NCBI RefSeq assembly: GCF_002113885.1 | Contig: NW_018480048.1 | Span: 303,779 to 367,778, forward strand | Source of the DNA: Mizuhopecten yessoensis | Taxonomy: Eukaryota | Length of the DNA: 64,000 bases | Reading direction: 5' to 3' | Shown: in pieces, positions 62,831 through 64,000 of the stretch | How the letters are laid out: each line of letters opens with the position of its first letter | Numbering within the stretch: the stretch's first letter is position 1 | Made by a program: the position numbers and the translations under genes | The notes under the pieces: generated by a model | What the model saw: the letters and a program-made list of their open reading frames with translations, nothing else | What the model was told of the DNA's origin: nothing | Databases searched by the model: none

Positions 62831-64000
62831 AAATGTATCTAATTGTTGTCCAGAATGTAGACTGTAGTTGCCTTTTAAGTTTGGATAAATGAATTAACCA
62901 GACTAACTTAATTAGCACTAATTAATTATGCATGAAATAGTTAAAATATTCTGACAAGGATTCATAAGGTCTAGAGTAAAAAAATCTCCTACAGATATCC
63001 TGATCTTGAGGGGAGGTTGTGTGACTGCAGATAGAAATTGGGGGGTGGGGGTGGGATGTTGATCACATTAAATCACCAATATATTTGTAAATTTTTGAGA
63101 ATGTAAATCTATATGATCAGACCTCCAGATGTGGCATGGATATAGGAAGAGAGCTGAGAGATAACAGGTTTGAAATAATTCATGTTCTTAAAAAGCTTTT
63201 ATTATACATACTTACTAATAAATGCAGGTTTTTTGTATATGCAATACGACACAATTGCTGTGACCCATATCAACACTTGTCGTATCACAACCCAAAACCT
63301 GAATCATACACCCCTTTTGGATTTTTTTCGTTTTTCAATATTTCAAAAGAAAACTAGATCATAAGATAATAGACCTATCTGTATTTTATTTGTAAGTATG
63401 TAATAAACAGAATAAAACATGCCGAGGGTTGGTTTTGGAGACTCAGGTTAATACTGGGAGTGATATGGAAAAAGGCATGTATGTCGTTATATCGTTAAAT
63501 GAACATGCAGCATAAATTCATAATCGATCAGTTAAAAGTTAAAGAAAGGTTCCCTGTTCAGGAATGATGTTACTTGAATTTAAATGTGGATAAATGCATA
63601 ATGGAATCGATAAAAATAACTGTACACAAACGAAAGTTATGACGGGCTCACACTAAGTGCTGTTTATGTTTTTTTAACTTTTATTATTCTGGCACAGATC
63701 TTTTGATACTGTACAAATAACCATACTGCTATCATCTTCTTTTAACTAATGACATTTTATCACAAACCTTAGAAATAAATATCTTTTCATATAAGATATA
63801 GCATGATAAAAGTAACGAATGAGAATCTTTAATCAAAACTACTATGCAAAGCGTCTGATTGACGTTGATTTTTAAACGCGAGTTGCAGACAGGCTTTTGG
63901 AAAGAAAGTTATAAAAGAAGTCTAGTTTGCAATGACGGCAATGTGAAATACACGAAAACAGCTAGATTTTCTGGTCTTTAATTCAATATGGAGGACACTG

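Noticed and set aside
63830-64000. CpG-richer segment with ATG GAG GAC ACT at 63988, a possible start of the next gene
   Set aside because: Only 13 nt are visible before the window ends; unsupported.

Overview
AT-rich, intron-rich animal genomic DNA. The repeat landscape (HINE/Helentron-like elements with ~160-bp cores, tRNA SINEs) suggests a bivalve mollusc; this is inference only. Five protein-coding genes could be reconstructed exon by exon from splice sites and reading phase. PRIM2 (minus, 5' part, runs off the left edge) is head-to-head with LMBRD1 (plus, 15 exons, complete). A 2-Ig-domain GPI-anchored surface protein lies on the minus strand (6 exons, one probable GC-AG intron). NDUFA11 (minus, 4 exons) is head-to-head with SARAF/TMEM66 (plus, 6 coding exons). 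Introns and intergenic DNA hold degenerate LINEs, tRNA-derived SINEs, MITEs, HINE-like elements, a Mutator remnant carrying a 73-bp satellite, and two assembly gaps. Two patterns stand out. (1) Intronic tandem repeats are repeatedly built from copies of the adjacent exon-intron junction itself: at least 7 cases in 3 genes. In one array every copy has lost the acceptor AG; in another every copy keeps it. (2) A family of miniature LTR retrotransposons (TRIMs) has LTRs that contain a tRNA-like Pol III cassette, present as two full copies and two solo LTRs with 4-bp TSDs. Homology calls rest on my recall of reference proteins; no database search was run.
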